Below, piece after piece: positions 29,060 to 40,897 of a DNA stretch of 64,000 nucleotides. The first letter of the stretch is position 1; each line of letters starts with the position of its first letter. The notes under the pieces were generated by a model. It did no database searches, had not been told where the DNA came from, and saw nothing but the letters and a program-made list of their open reading frames with translations. The position numbers and the translations under genes are program-made. Location: NCBI GenBank assembly GCA_025361335.1, contig JANYAK010000022.1, positions 21,737 through 85,736 on the forward strand. The letters are read 5' to 3'. This DNA is from Coriobacteriia bacterium. GTDB lineage: Bacteria > Actinomycetota > Coriobacteriia > Anaerosomatales > PALSA-660.

Positions 29060-29866
29060 TCAGCTCTTCCGGGCAACGCCCTCGATGCTTCGCACCCACC
29101 CCGCGTAGAGCGGCAGCGCTGCGGCGTTCAGGTGGGTCCCGTCATCCGTCAGTCCATCCAGGATGAAGCCCCGCTCGTCGCTCACCACACTATACAGGTC
29201 AAGGTAGTCGACCCCGTGGTCCCGGCACCACCTGGACAGCGCTTCGTTGAATACCCGCACGATGACCGCGCGCTTCGCGTCGTCGGCGTAGTGCTCGACA
29301 TCGTAGATGTTGCCTTGACGGGGGACCGCCGGAACACTCTGAACGACCACCTTGTAGCCCTGACTCGCGAGCCGCAGAATGACCGCCCCGTACCGCTCGA
29401 TGATCTCATCGATGATCTGCTCGAAGGAGCACGCTCCTCCCCGTCGGACATACTGGAGGTACACGTGGATCCGGGTGTCGATCTCGCCGAGGACCAGCAA
29501 GACGACGTCGCGGGACTTGTCGACCGCGCGCAGAGCCGCCTCCAGCTTGCCGCTCGACCCGGTCGAGCTACCGGGCTTCCCCAGATTGAATGCGGTCGCG
29601 CTTCCCAGCCAGGTGACGACGAAGGGACTGATGCCTCGCAGCACGTGGGTGTGGCTGTCGCCGATCGCGTGAACGACCGGCCTTCGCATCAAGCGACGCT
29701 GCAGCGCGATCACACCGTTCCGGCGGGTGACCCAGCTCTCGGACCATCGCCGGACCACGGGGTGCCATGCGCGAGCCCAGGCCATCCCCGCGACCCGGGA
29801 AAGGCCCCCCTGCTCCCACGCTCGGCAGATCTTGTCCATGGGAGTCGAGCCCGGGGTCACGGCCAT
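29060..29866 (-). CDS. SGNH/GDSL-like hydrolase (candidate glycan O-acyl esterase/transferase)
   Basis: Block I HAIGDSHT and block V DDGTHLN. Start is ATG 29866 or 29839. No closer family recognised. Confidence 0.6.
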   Translation of the reverse strand: MAVTPGSTPMDKICRAWEQGGLSRVAGMAWARAWHPVVRRWSESWVTRRNGVIALQRRLMRRPVVHAIGDSHTHVLRGISPFVVTWLGSATAFNLGKPGSSTGSSGKLEAALRAVDKSRDVVLLVLGEIDTRIHVYLQYVRRGGACSFEQIIDEIIERYGAVILRLASQGYKVVVQSVPAVPRQGNIYDVEHYADDAKRAVIVRVFNEALSRWCRDHGVDYLDLYSVVSDERGFILDGLTDDGTHLNAAALPLYAGWVRSIEGVARKS

Positions 29867-29871
29867 CCCTG

Positions 29872-31644
29872 CTAAGCCAAGCTCTGCATGGCCTGCATCT
29901 CGAAGAAGCGGCCACAGTTGGCGAGCAGGGCGTCCCACGAGCCCGACTCGACGACGCGCCCCTTCTCGAGGAAGTAGATGACGTCGGCGTTGCGCACGGT
30001 CGCGAAGCGGTGCGTCACAATCACGATGGTCATCTTGTTCGCCAACTGGTCGACGGCGCGCTGGACCTTCTCCTCCGACTCGGCGTCAAGGGCACTCGTC
30101 GCCTCGTCCAGGACCAGGATGTCCGGGCGGCGCACGATCGCCCTGGCCAGCGCGAGCCGCTGCCGCTGGCCTCCCGACAGTCGCACGCCCCGGTCGCCGA
30201 TCACGGTGTCGTAACCTTGGGGCAGCTTGGCGATGAACCGGTCCGCGAACGCCAGCGTGGCTGCCTCTTCGACGTCCGCGTCGGTCGCATCGAGGCAGCC
30301 GAACCGGATGTTCTGACGGACCGTGTCGTGGAAGAACGAGCTGTCCTGTGCCACGTAGCCGATCCGCCTGCGCCACGCGGTGAGGTCGAGTGTGTCCAGC
30401 GTCGTCGCGTCGATACGGATGCGCCCCTGCGTGGGGCGCACGAGACCCAGCAACAGATCGACGATCGTCGTCTTGCCGGAGCCGGACGGCCCCACGATGG
30501 CCACTGTCTTGCCCTTCGGGATGTCGATGCTGACCTCGTGGAGCACCGGCGCGTCCGCATGGTAGTCGAACGACACCCCTTCGAACCTCATGAGATCACT
30601 GAACGCAGCAGGGACGTCGGCACCGGTGACCTCTTGAGCGGCGACGGCCGCCGCGATGGTGCGGTCCACCGACCTCAGGCCGGGGATGAGGGACAGCGTC
30701 TGCGTCTGCATGGACTGGACGGCCGAGATCCTGGGTGAGACGCGGTAGAACACGAGGAGGAACACCATCAGTGCCGGGATCGACATCCCGAAGAACGTCA
30801 CGGCGAAGTAGACGCCGGAGAAGACCGCGATGACGCTGATCGCTTCGTAGAAGAACTTCAGCCAGCCCTGGTTCATCGCGATCTTGTACTGGAGGTGGGT
30901 GAGTTCCTCGGCCATCACGTCGTAGCGGCGTATCGTGTCCTGTTCGACGGAGTACGCCTTGACGGTCTTGGCCGCCGCGATGTGCTCGCCCGCCTCGCCC
31001 CACATCTCCATGGCGAGTGCGGTGATCGCCTGGCCGTACCTGCTGCCGCGCGACACGCGGCTCCGCAGGATCACCAGGATCAGCGCGCCGGTGACCCCGA
31101 TGATGAGCGTCATCTGCCATGACAGAGCCACAGCGAGGGCGAGATAGACCAGCACCATGATCACGGTGCCCAGCATCTGGACCAGCGTCGCGTATGCGCC
31201 GCTCGCCCGCCCGCTCTCCTGCATCAGTGCGGCCGTCAGGTCGGTCGCTTTCTGCGATACGAAGAAGGGCCAGTCCGCCTCGGTGATCGCCGCATACAGT
31301 CTCATGCGAAGCCGCGCCTCGAAGCGCGCCACCGAGCCCGCCGTCAGCTTCTGCTGTCCGAGCACGATGACCTGGCTGGTCAGCAGCAGGGCCAGGATGA
31401 ACGCCAGGACCGTCGCAAGATCGAACGGCAGACGCACGACGTGAAGGGCCGTGCCGATCAGGATCCCGACCCTGCCCGCGGGCAGCACGGCACGTCCGCC
31501 GGCCTGCACGAGCTGAAGCATTGGGACGACCGCCGCCAGAGCGAAACCCTCCAGGACGCCCGCGAACGCGAGCGCCATGACCGAAGCTGTGAAGCGTCTG
31601 GGCTGCTCCGCCCATATGCGCCTGATGAGGTAGAGGAGTTCCAT
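29872..31644 (-). CDS. ABC transporter, fused permease/ATPase (MsbA/PglK-type exporter)
   Basis: ORF trimmed to ATG 31644 (AAGGAG 5 nt upstream). Six-TM N-domain. Walker A GPSGSGKTT, signature LSGGQRQR, Walker B ILVLDEATSALD. Confidence 0.9.
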   Translation of the reverse strand: MELLYLIRRIWAEQPRRFTASVMALAFAGVLEGFALAAVVPMLQLVQAGGRAVLPAGRVGILIGTALHVVRLPFDLATVLAFILALLLTSQVIVLGQQKLTAGSVARFEARLRMRLYAAITEADWPFFVSQKATDLTAALMQESGRASGAYATLVQMLGTVIMVLVYLALAVALSWQMTLIIGVTGALILVILRSRVSRGSRYGQAITALAMEMWGEAGEHIAAAKTVKAYSVEQDTIRRYDVMAEELTHLQYKIAMNQGWLKFFYEAISVIAVFSGVYFAVTFFGMSIPALMVFLLVFYRVSPRISAVQSMQTQTLSLIPGLRSVDRTIAAAVAAQEVTGADVPAAFSDLMRFEGVSFDYHADAPVLHEVSIDIPKGKTVAIVGPSGSGKTTIVDLLLGLVRPTQGRIRIDATTLDTLDLTAWRRRIGYVAQDSSFFHDTVRQNIRFGCLDATDADVEEAATLAFADRFIAKLPQGYDTVIGDRGVRLSGGQRQRLALARAIVRRPDILVLDEATSALDAESEEKVQRAVDQLANKMTIVIVTHRFATVRNADVIYFLEKGRVVESGSWDALLANCGRFFEMQAMQSLA

Positions 31645-31679
31645 GATCTCCTTTGCCGTGCTAGCGGAACATGCGGGCA

Positions 31680-33907
<2,228 letters not shown>

Positions 33908-34026
33908 CTATGCTCCAACCGGTCCCACACGATCGACTGCGTCGTCTACGCAACAGTCAGAAGCGGAGCTAATCCATCGCCTACGGCTCAGATATCGAAC
34001 CTCGGCCGCGAGCGCAGTGGCTCGGG

Positions 34027-35703
34027 ATGCCCAAACCGGCCGCTGTCATCACGCTGGGCGCCGTGGTTCTCGCGGTGGCAGCCACCGCCTGGCGACTGAG
34101 GTACGGCATCTCCTGGTACGACGAGGCTTGGTACGTTGCCATTCCTTATCGATTCGTGCTCGGCAGTCGGCCGTACATCGACGAAGTCAACGCCAACCAG
34201 TTCTTCGGGATACTGACATACCCCCTCGTCTGGCTCTGGGTGCAGCTGACCGGCTCCACCGACTCGATCGTCCTCTTCATGCGGTTCATGTGGCTTGCCT
34301 TCATGAGCGGCGTGGCACTTCTCGCCTTTCGTCTTCAGTCGAAGGTGGTGGAACCCGGGCTCGCGCTCGCCTGTGCAGCGGTCTACGTGGTCGCGATCCC
34401 GTTCACGATCCCCGGCATCAGCTACAACACGGCGGGTTCGGGCCTGCTGACCGCCGGATGCTGCCTGCTGGGTCTCGGCCTCATCGCGAAGACCCCTTCA
34501 TTCAGGACCGTACTCATAGCCGGCCTGCTCCATGGGCTGGCGATACTCGCGTATCCCCCTCTTGCCGCGGCGGCCTTGGTTTCCACTGGGCTCCTTGCAT
34601 GGATCTGGGGGCTAAGATCACGTCACCTTCGCGCATACGCTCTTGGTTGGGTAGCTGTGGTCGCGATCGCCGCCGTCCTTCTATTTGCGCTGGTTGGCTC
34701 AGAAAAGCTTCTCGCCGACCTGAGTGTCTCCAGGCTGGGCCCGTTCGGCGGAGGCGTCGCCAAGCTTAGGAGCATCGCGGAGACGGCCTGGGGCGTCGGC
34801 CGCCGCAGCTTGTTGGCCGGGGGATCGATCCTGGCAGCGACACTGGCACTTTGGAACCGGATCCCCAGAGCGCGACTGCTGCTGCTGGCTCTGCCCATCG
34901 TGGCGCTGGTTCCACTCCTGTCTTCGCCGACGACCGCCGTGCTCCTATGGATACCTCTGTTCGGGTCCTTGTCCTTGTTCGTGCTTCTGCGGCTGCGCCC
35001 TGGCGAACCCCTCCTCAGGGCGGTCAAGGTGCTTGTGCCCACGTCGGTCGTCGGCGGCATCGCGACCGCATATACGAGCACGAATGGAGCTATGAACGCG
35101 GGCTTCGGGATGTCGCCGCTCCTGCTGATCGCGGTACCGCTCGTTCTTCTGGCTGCGGCACCCCGTGAAGCGCGAGACACCGCGTACGTGTCGACCGCAC
35201 TGGCGCTCGCTGCTGCCCTAGTAGTCGGGATGTTCGTTGCGACCAGCTACCTGGACTCGTACCCCTCGTTCGACCAAGTGCTCCCGCTGCAGATGCATCG
35301 CTCGCCTGAGACTGGCCCGTGGGCACACGTGATGGGCTCACCCGAACAGGTCGATCTGGTCGACTCTGCGTACCGCGACACTCGTCAGTACGTTGGGTCC
35401 GGCGAGACCGTTCTCTACTACTACGACTTCCCGGCGGGGATCTTGATGGGCAAGTCCCCCGTGGCGTCGCCCATGGTCTGGGTCGGTTGGCACCCGGCCA
35501 TCAGTGAGGATGGAAAGCGGGCCTTCGGACAGCTCCTTGAGGACTACTACGCCCGAGAAGATGCACTTCCTGACGTCGTGTTCAGGACGAACCTTCTCGG
35601 ATGGTACAAAGCCGGGGATCCGATGTGGGACTTCACAGAGCGCCACCACTACACGCTCGTCGCCCATCGGGCGAGGTACGACGTCTTCGTGCGAGGAGAC
35701 TGA
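34027..35703 (+). CDS. Polytopic membrane protein, GT-C-like (ArnT/PMT-like architecture), function unknown
   Basis: At least 10 TM segments. Acidic loop right after TM1 (GISWYDEAWYVAIPY). C-terminal soluble tail. Third-position G+C is visibly lower than in neighbours (hand counts of 60-78% on two ~40-codon samples against ~89% in rmlA). Confidence 0.7.
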   Translation: MPKPAAVITLGAVVLAVAATAWRLRYGISWYDEAWYVAIPYRFVLGSRPYIDEVNANQFFGILTYPLVWLWVQLTGSTDSIVLFMRFMWLAFMSGVALLAFRLQSKVVEPGLALACAAVYVVAIPFTIPGISYNTAGSGLLTAGCCLLGLGLIAKTPSFRTVLIAGLLHGLAILAYPPLAAAALVSTGLLAWIWGLRSRHLRAYALGWVAVVAIAAVLLFALVGSEKLLADLSVSRLGPFGGGVAKLRSIAETAWGVGRRSLLAGGSILAATLALWNRIPRARLLLLALPIVALVPLLSSPTTAVLLWIPLFGSLSLFVLLRLRPGEPLLRAVKVLVPTSVVGGIATAYTSTNGAMNAGFGMSPLLLIAVPLVLLAAAPREARDTAYVSTALALAAALVVGMFVATSYLDSYPSFDQVLPLQMHRSPETGPWAHVMGSPEQVDLVDSAYRDTRQYVGSGETVLYYYDFPAGILMGKSPVASPMVWVGWHPAISEDGKRAFGQLLEDYYAREDALPDVVFRTNLLGWYKAGDPMWDFTERHHYTLVAHRARYDVFVRGD

Positions 35704-35733
35704 GCGACGCGCGTCTGCCCCGCCTTGGCCTCT

Positions 35734-36683
35734 TCAGTGCTCGAGCAGGGTGGCGAGACCTTCGTGCAGCGAGACCTGGGGGCTCCAGCCGAGGACCTCG
35801 CCCGCCACAGCCAGCAATCCCCCGTCTCGACCGAAGCGGCGTCCGGTGGCCACGGCTCCCCCGTGAGGACCGTCCCAGAGCCGCGCAGTTCGACGACAAG
35901 ATCCGCCGCCGCCCTCAGCGAGGTACACGTACCGGAGCCGATGTTGAACGCGCGCCCCGCGGCGTCCGGGCACAGCGAGGCCGCCGCTGCGGCGCGCACG
36001 ACGTCGTCGACGTGCACGAAATCGCGTAGCTGCATGCCGTCCCCGTAGAGCCGGATGGGCTCACCCCGCCGCGCGAGATCGACGAACAGGTTCAGTATCC
36101 CGTAGCCGGCACGGGCCGGATCACCCGCAGCATGTGGCCCGTAGGGGTTCGGCAGACGCAGGACCACAGTCCGCATGCCGTGGGTGTGCGCGTACATCTC
36201 GTAGTACAGGGAGCAGAGCGCCTTGTGGCTGGCATACGGGCTCGTCGGGTGCAGCCGATGCTTTTCGTCGACCGGAAGGTACTCGGGCGCACCGTACTCG
36301 AGACGCGATCCCGCGAACACGACAGACGCGGCGGGCGCCAGCTCCCGCACGGCCTCGAGAAGCAGGAGCTGAGCGCGCGCGCTCGTTTTCAGGTCGCCGA
36401 GGGGATCGCAGAGCGACCGAGTCGCCCCTAGACCGCCCGCGAAACAGAAGATGTGCTGCGCGCCGGTCACGACCGATCGGACCGCTTCGACGTCGGTGAT
36501 GTCGCCTCGCACGCCGACGACTTCGCCGGGCAGCTCGCATGCCGCGGCGTCGAACGCGACCACGTCGGCTCCCTCGCGAGCGAGGTACGCCACCACGTGG
36601 GACCCCATGAAGCCGCAGCCGCCGAAGACGATCGAGCGGGATCCGGCCAGTCCGGCGGCGAGTTCGCTCACTTCCTCGTGCAC
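35734..36683 (-). pseudogene. NAD-dependent sugar epimerase/dehydratase, interrupted by a 1-nt frameshift near 35819-35823
   Basis: The frame of ORF 35649..36683 gives IVFGGCGFMGSHV...SPYASHKAL...PWPPDAASVETGD. The canonical C-terminus LLAVAGEVLGWSPQVSLHEGLATLLEH* continues in the frame of ORF 35734..35973. The switch lies at a C5 (G5 on the coding strand) run. Confidence 0.65.
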
Positions 36684-36687
36684 CCCG

Positions 36688-37664
36688 CTAGCGGCCGATG
36701 GGATCGAAGTCCGTCGCCATGTTGTGCGTCTCGGCGACCAGATACAGAGGACGATGCTTCGTCTCGTAGAAGATGCGGGCCATGTACGAGCCGAGGAGCC
36801 CGATCGACATCAGCTGCACGCCGCCGAGGAACAGGACGATGACCACCGTGGACGTCCATCCCTGGATCAGCGTCTCCGGGTGCATGGCCTTGTCCACGAG
36901 GAGATACAGCCCGAACAGGAATCCGAAGAGCGTGACGACGGCGCCGAGACGCCCGGCGATGAGTAGCGGCTTGCTGGAGAAGCTCAGAATCCCGTCGTAG
37001 GCGAGGCGGAACAGCTTCTGCAGCGAGTAGTTGCCCTTGCCGGAGTGCCGAGGATCCCTGGCGTACGGAAGCGCGAACTGCTCGAACCCGACCCATGCAA
37101 CCATGCCGCGGACATAGCGGCTCTCCTCGCGCATGCTTCGAGGGCTTCTGCGGCCGCGCGATCGAGAAGGCGGAAGTCGCCGGTGTCGAGCGGCAGGGGC
37201 GTCTCGCTCAGCCATGACAGTGCGCGGTAGAACGAGGCGGCGGCGGCCCGCTTGAGGGGACCCTCCCCCTTGCGCTCCGTGCGCTTCCCGTAGACGACGC
37301 TGTAGCCCTCGCGCCACTTGGCGACCATTCCGGCGATGACCTCGGGCGGGTCCTGGAGGTCATCGTCGATCGTCACCACAGCGTCGCCACGAGCCGCATC
37401 GATCCCCGCGGAGATGGCGACCTGATGGCCGAAGTTGCGGGACAGCGAGATGACCTTGACCCGTTCGTCTCGCTGCGCCAGCTCCCTCAGGACGGACATC
37501 GCGCCGTCGGGGCTCGCATCGTTCACGAAGACGATCTCGTAGTCGAGCCGCTCCAGGCTCGAGAGCACCTCGGTGAGGCTCGCGTACGTGTGCGGCAGGA
37601 TGCTCTCGCTGCCGTAGACCGGTACGACGACCGACAGCAGCCGCTGGCTCTCCGCATGCGCCAT
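36688..37664 (-). pseudogene. GT2 polyprenyl-phosphate glycosyltransferase (GtrB/ArnC/DPM1-like), interrupted by a 1-nt frameshift near 37135-37150
   Basis: N-terminal part is ORF 36984..37664 (LSVVVPVYGSESIL...VFVNDASPDG...TIDDDLQDPPE...DTGDFRLLDRAAAEAL). It continues in the frame of ORF 36688..37317 (SMREESRYVRGMVAWVGF...GWTSTVVIVLFLGGVQLMSIGLLGSYMARIFYETKHRPLY). An intact paralogue lies at 57742..58689. Confidence 0.7.
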
Positions 37665-37807
37665 CGATCAGTCTCTCTCCTCCGCAGGCTCCTGACGTGC
37701 CGGCCACCTGGCACCCCTAACACCGCGACCACGATAGCACGACCGGCTGAGTGGACCGGGCCTGCGGCGGAGGCCCGCCCGCCTCGACGCGCGCGCCCCC
37801 GCGCGCC

Positions 37808-37813
37808 TATAGT
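37808..37813 (+). promoter_or_regulatory. -10-like TATAGT upstream of the methyltransferase gene
   Basis: GCGCGCCTATAGTGAAGC lies in the divergent gap 37665..37843. Confidence 0.25.
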
Positions 37814-37894
37814 GAAGCAAGCGCGGGAGAAGCGGCCCCGCCGATGTCCCACCGCCGGTCTGCGACGACGGCTGTCCCTGACGAACGGAACGGG

Positions 37895-38635
37895 ATGGAT
37901 CCGGCCTACCTCGCCTCGTTCGGCGACACGGAAGACAACCACTGGTGGTTCAGAGCCAGGCGCGAGATCGTCGTCGACCAGCTGCGCCGATCCCTGCCCC
38001 GTGACGACATCGACTTGCTGGACGTCGGATGCGGCACCGGGGGGACGCTCGCCTACTTCAGCGCGGAGTTGCCGCGCGCACGCTGTCGGGGGATCGAGCC
38101 GGACCCTGCGGCACGCGCTCGCTGCCTGGACCGCGGTCTGGACGTGCTCGAGGGCACCGCGACACCCATGCCGGTGGCCTCCACCTCCCAGGACGCCGTC
38201 ATCGCCCTTGACGTGATCGAGCACATCGAGCACGACGAAGCCGCGGCGCGGGAGCTGGCGCGCTCCCTTCGGCCGGGCGGGATCGCGCTCGTCACGGTGC
38301 CGGCATACATGTGGATGTGGGGACCGCACGACGAGCTGAACCACCATCGGCGACGCTACGTGCGCAGCGAGGTCGAGCGTCTCATGTCGGACGCGGACCT
38401 CGAGATCGAGTTCTCCACGTACTTCAACACGCTGCTCTTCCCGTTGGGGGTGGTCCAGCGGGCGGCGGAGAGGGTCACGGGGCGGCATGCAGCGACAGAG
38501 AAGGCCCCCCTCACCGCGATCAACGCCGCGCTGCACGCCATCTTCGAGATGGAGCGCCCGCTGCTCAGGCGCATGCAGCTCCCATGGGGCGTCTCCATCC
38601 TCGTCGTCGCTCGGAAGGGGCCTTCCGGCCTGTGA
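37895..38635 (+). CDS. Class I SAM-dependent methyltransferase
   Basis: DNHWWFRAR N-terminal motif, SAM motif LLDVGCGTGG, and DVIEHIEHD. Start is ATG 37895 or 37844. Confidence 0.75.
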   Translation: MDPAYLASFGDTEDNHWWFRARREIVVDQLRRSLPRDDIDLLDVGCGTGGTLAYFSAELPRARCRGIEPDPAARARCLDRGLDVLEGTATPMPVASTSQDAVIALDVIEHIEHDEAAARELARSLRPGGIALVTVPAYMWMWGPHDELNHHRRRYVRSEVERLMSDADLEIEFSTYFNTLLFPLGVVQRAAERVTGRHAATEKAPLTAINAALHAIFEMERPLLRRMQLPWGVSILVVARKGPSGL

Positions 38636-38695
38636 CGGCCCTTGTCGGCAGTACCCCGAGAGCCCGCACCCCGGTCGGGGGCGCGGGTGCCCCCG

Positions 38696-39880
38696 TCAGT
38701 CGAGATCCGGACTGTCGCACGCTCGCTGGACGGACGGGTCTTCTCCGCCTTCCGGGACCTCAGACCCTTCCGACGAGCCGCCTGCGTGTTCGCGCGGACG
38801 GACGTCCCACTGACCCAGCAGGACAGACCTGAGCACCGGTACGCGCTCAAGGAGTGCGGTCAGCGCGGCCGCAACGCCCAGCGACACCACGAAAAGGACG
38901 ATGGCGTCCCTGACGCCGGCGCTCACGAGCAGCCACTGCACCGGGAAGTGTGTCGCGTAGACGCCCAGGCTCCTGCGGCCGACCCAGGCCTGGACCCTCA
39001 CGGCCTTGCCTCCTCGGCCCACGTAGAGCCCGTACAACCCGAGGATCGCCGCGGACGCGCAGAGGTACGGGAGCAGGATCCCCGCCCACTGTGACAGGGT
39101 GTGGGCTCCGCGAAATCCGGCGCCGTACAGAGCGGCCAGAAGTGGCCCGATCGGTTGGAGTGGACGCACGTAGAGCGGATGCCGCAAGTAGAGCAGCGGC
39201 ACGAACGCCACCATGCCCGCCGATGCGATGAGTCGACGGTGCTTCAAGACCCGTGGCTTCCAGGAGCTGATCAGGTAGCCGAGCACGAGGAACGGATAGA
39301 TCCACAGAAGGCTCGGCAGGTAGAGCCACGTGGAGGGGACCTCGGCAAGGCCTCCAGGCGAGAACGCTACCGCCGCCAGCGCGGACGCCGCCAGTATCCA
39401 GCGTGACCCGGGGACCCGCGCGATGCATAGCACGATCGCCAGGCAGATGAACAGCGCGTACAGATACCACAGGACCCACCACAGGACGCTCTGGCCGACC
39501 GCCGCATAGACGATCGCATCGCGGAGACCTCCCGACCACGCGGGCTGGACCCAGAGCGCGACCGGGTAGAGAAGCGCGAACCAGACCCAGTAGGGCACCA
39601 GCAGGCCTCGGGCTCGCCGCAGGATCTGCTCGCCGGGGGGGCGGCCTAGCGGCCGCAGCACGAGCCCTGCGACGAACGCGAAGAACGGCATGTGGAAGGA
39701 GTAGACGAAGCTCAATACCGGGTTCGTCGCTGTCGCCATCGGAACCCAGATGACAGCGCCTGCCTGTACCAGCCCCGGACCATCCTGGAACACGGCGCCA
39801 CCGCTGAGAATGGCGTGACCTGCGACCACGAGCGCGACCGCCAGACCTCTGAGAGCATCAATCGATTCGTCGCGCGGCAA
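38696..39880 (-). CDS. Acyltransferase family 3 (AT3) membrane O-acyltransferase
   Basis: Only the C-terminal 394 aa of ORF 38696..40744 are plausible. TTG 39880 with GGAGG 4 nt upstream, just after the upstream stop. [18 protein letters not shown] signature and about 10 TM helices. Confidence 0.75.
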   Translation of the reverse strand: MPRDESIDALRGLAVALVVAGHAILSGGAVFQDGPGLVQAGAVIWVPMATATNPVLSFVYSFHMPFFAFVAGLVLRPLGRPPGEQILRRARGLLVPYWVWFALLYPVALWVQPAWSGGLRDAIVYAAVGQSVLWWVLWYLYALFICLAIVLCIARVPGSRWILAASALAAVAFSPGGLAEVPSTWLYLPSLLWIYPFLVLGYLISSWKPRVLKHRRLIASAGMVAFVPLLYLRHPLYVRPLQPIGPLLAALYGAGFRGAHTLSQWAGILLPYLCASAAILGLYGLYVGRGGKAVRVQAWVGRRSLGVYATHFPVQWLLVSAGVRDAIVLFVVSLGVAAALTALLERVPVLRSVLLGQWDVRPREHAGGSSEGSEVPEGGEDPSVQRACDSPDLD

Positions 39881-39897
39881 GAGGCCTCCGAGGGAAC

Positions 39898-40881
39898 CTA
39901 GACGACGATCGGTCGCGTCACCTTGTTGGACTTCAGCGCGAGCGTGGTCAGTGTCGCCCCCGCCAGCGTGAACGCCCACCCGGCCGCGATCCAGACAGAG
40001 CCGGGAAGTCCGCCGGCCCTCGGAACGAGGGCCAGGAAGAGCTGGAGCCACAGGACGTGCGAGACATACACGCCGATCAGGTAGTCGCTTCCCCAAGCCA
40101 ACCGACCCACGCCGAGCCAAGTGACTCCCGATGCGGCACCCCACAGCAGGACGAACGCGCCGATCGACCAGAGGACGGTCTGCACTGTGATCGACAGCGG
40201 TCTCGTCAGGTCGCCGTAGAGAACGCCCACCGTCCCAGCGGCGAGCACCGACACGGGGAACGCCGCGCGCGCCAACAGGCCCGGGGGCCGCATCTCGCCC
40301 AACGCGCGCAGCTCCATCCCGCCCAGGTACACTGCGAACCACCGCGGCGCGAGGATGAAGTGCTGTACCGGACCGGTGTAGATCTCCCTGAGCGGTGCGA
40401 ACTGGTACAGCGCGAGCGTCAGCAGGATACAGGCCCCGATCGTGATTCTCCGCTGAATGCTGTTGTGCACGAGCAGCTCCGCGGCCACCGCGCAGTACAG
40501 CAGCAGCGGCAGCACCCACAGGATCTCGTTCGCTCCGGCGAAGAACACCACCCGGAATGCGTTGGGCAGGAACGGGGGACCGCCGATGAGCAGGTTGCGC
40601 TGCCCCCAAACGAGATACACGACGGTCCATGTGGCATAGGGAACGCCGAGCCTCACGAGCCGCTTGCGGAGCCACGCTGGTCCGCGGTCCCCCACGCCAC
40701 CATGCAGGTAGCCCGAGGCCGCGATGAAGAAGAACAGCGCCCACAAGGGTGCAGCAGTCATGAATGCGCCCAGACGGCCACCCGCGCCCGCCGAGACGTG
40801 GTGAAGCACGATCGCGGCGGCTGCGACGTACTTCAGACCGTCCAGAGTGACATTCCTCGGCGCAGCGGTCGCTTCCGGCAT
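39898..40881 (-). CDS. Acyltransferase family 3 (AT3) membrane O-acyltransferase
   Basis: LDGLKYVAAAAIVLHH N-terminal AT3-like signature and about 10 TM helices. Confidence 0.75.
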   Translation of the reverse strand: MPEATAAPRNVTLDGLKYVAAAAIVLHHVSAGAGGRLGAFMTAAPLWALFFFIAASGYLHGGVGDRGPAWLRKRLVRLGVPYATWTVVYLVWGQRNLLIGGPPFLPNAFRVVFFAGANEILWVLPLLLYCAVAAELLVHNSIQRRITIGACILLTLALYQFAPLREIYTGPVQHFILAPRWFAVYLGGMELRALGEMRPPGLLARAAFPVSVLAAGTVGVLYGDLTRPLSITVQTVLWSIGAFVLLWGAASGVTWLGVGRLAWGSDYLIGVYVSHVLWLQLFLALVPRAGGLPGSVWIAAGWAFTLAGATLTTLALKSNKVTRPIVV

Positions 40882-40897
40882 GGGGGGTCCAGTGGCC

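Noticed and set aside
38666-38690. GC-rich hairpin (GCACCC…GGGTGC) between the convergent methyltransferase and AT3 genes as a bidirectional terminator
   Set aside because: The stem is only 6 bp with a 13-nt loop, and there is no U-tract on either strand. It is too weak to call. A similar weak hairpin lies at 13052..13072 (GCGACC-9 nt-GGTCGC).
39881-40744. N-terminal 288 aa of ORF 38696..40744
   Set aside because: This stretch overlaps the AT3 gene 39898..40881 in another frame and is Arg/Gly/Pro-rich. The AT3 signature of the real gene begins right after a TTG with a GGAGG site at 39880.
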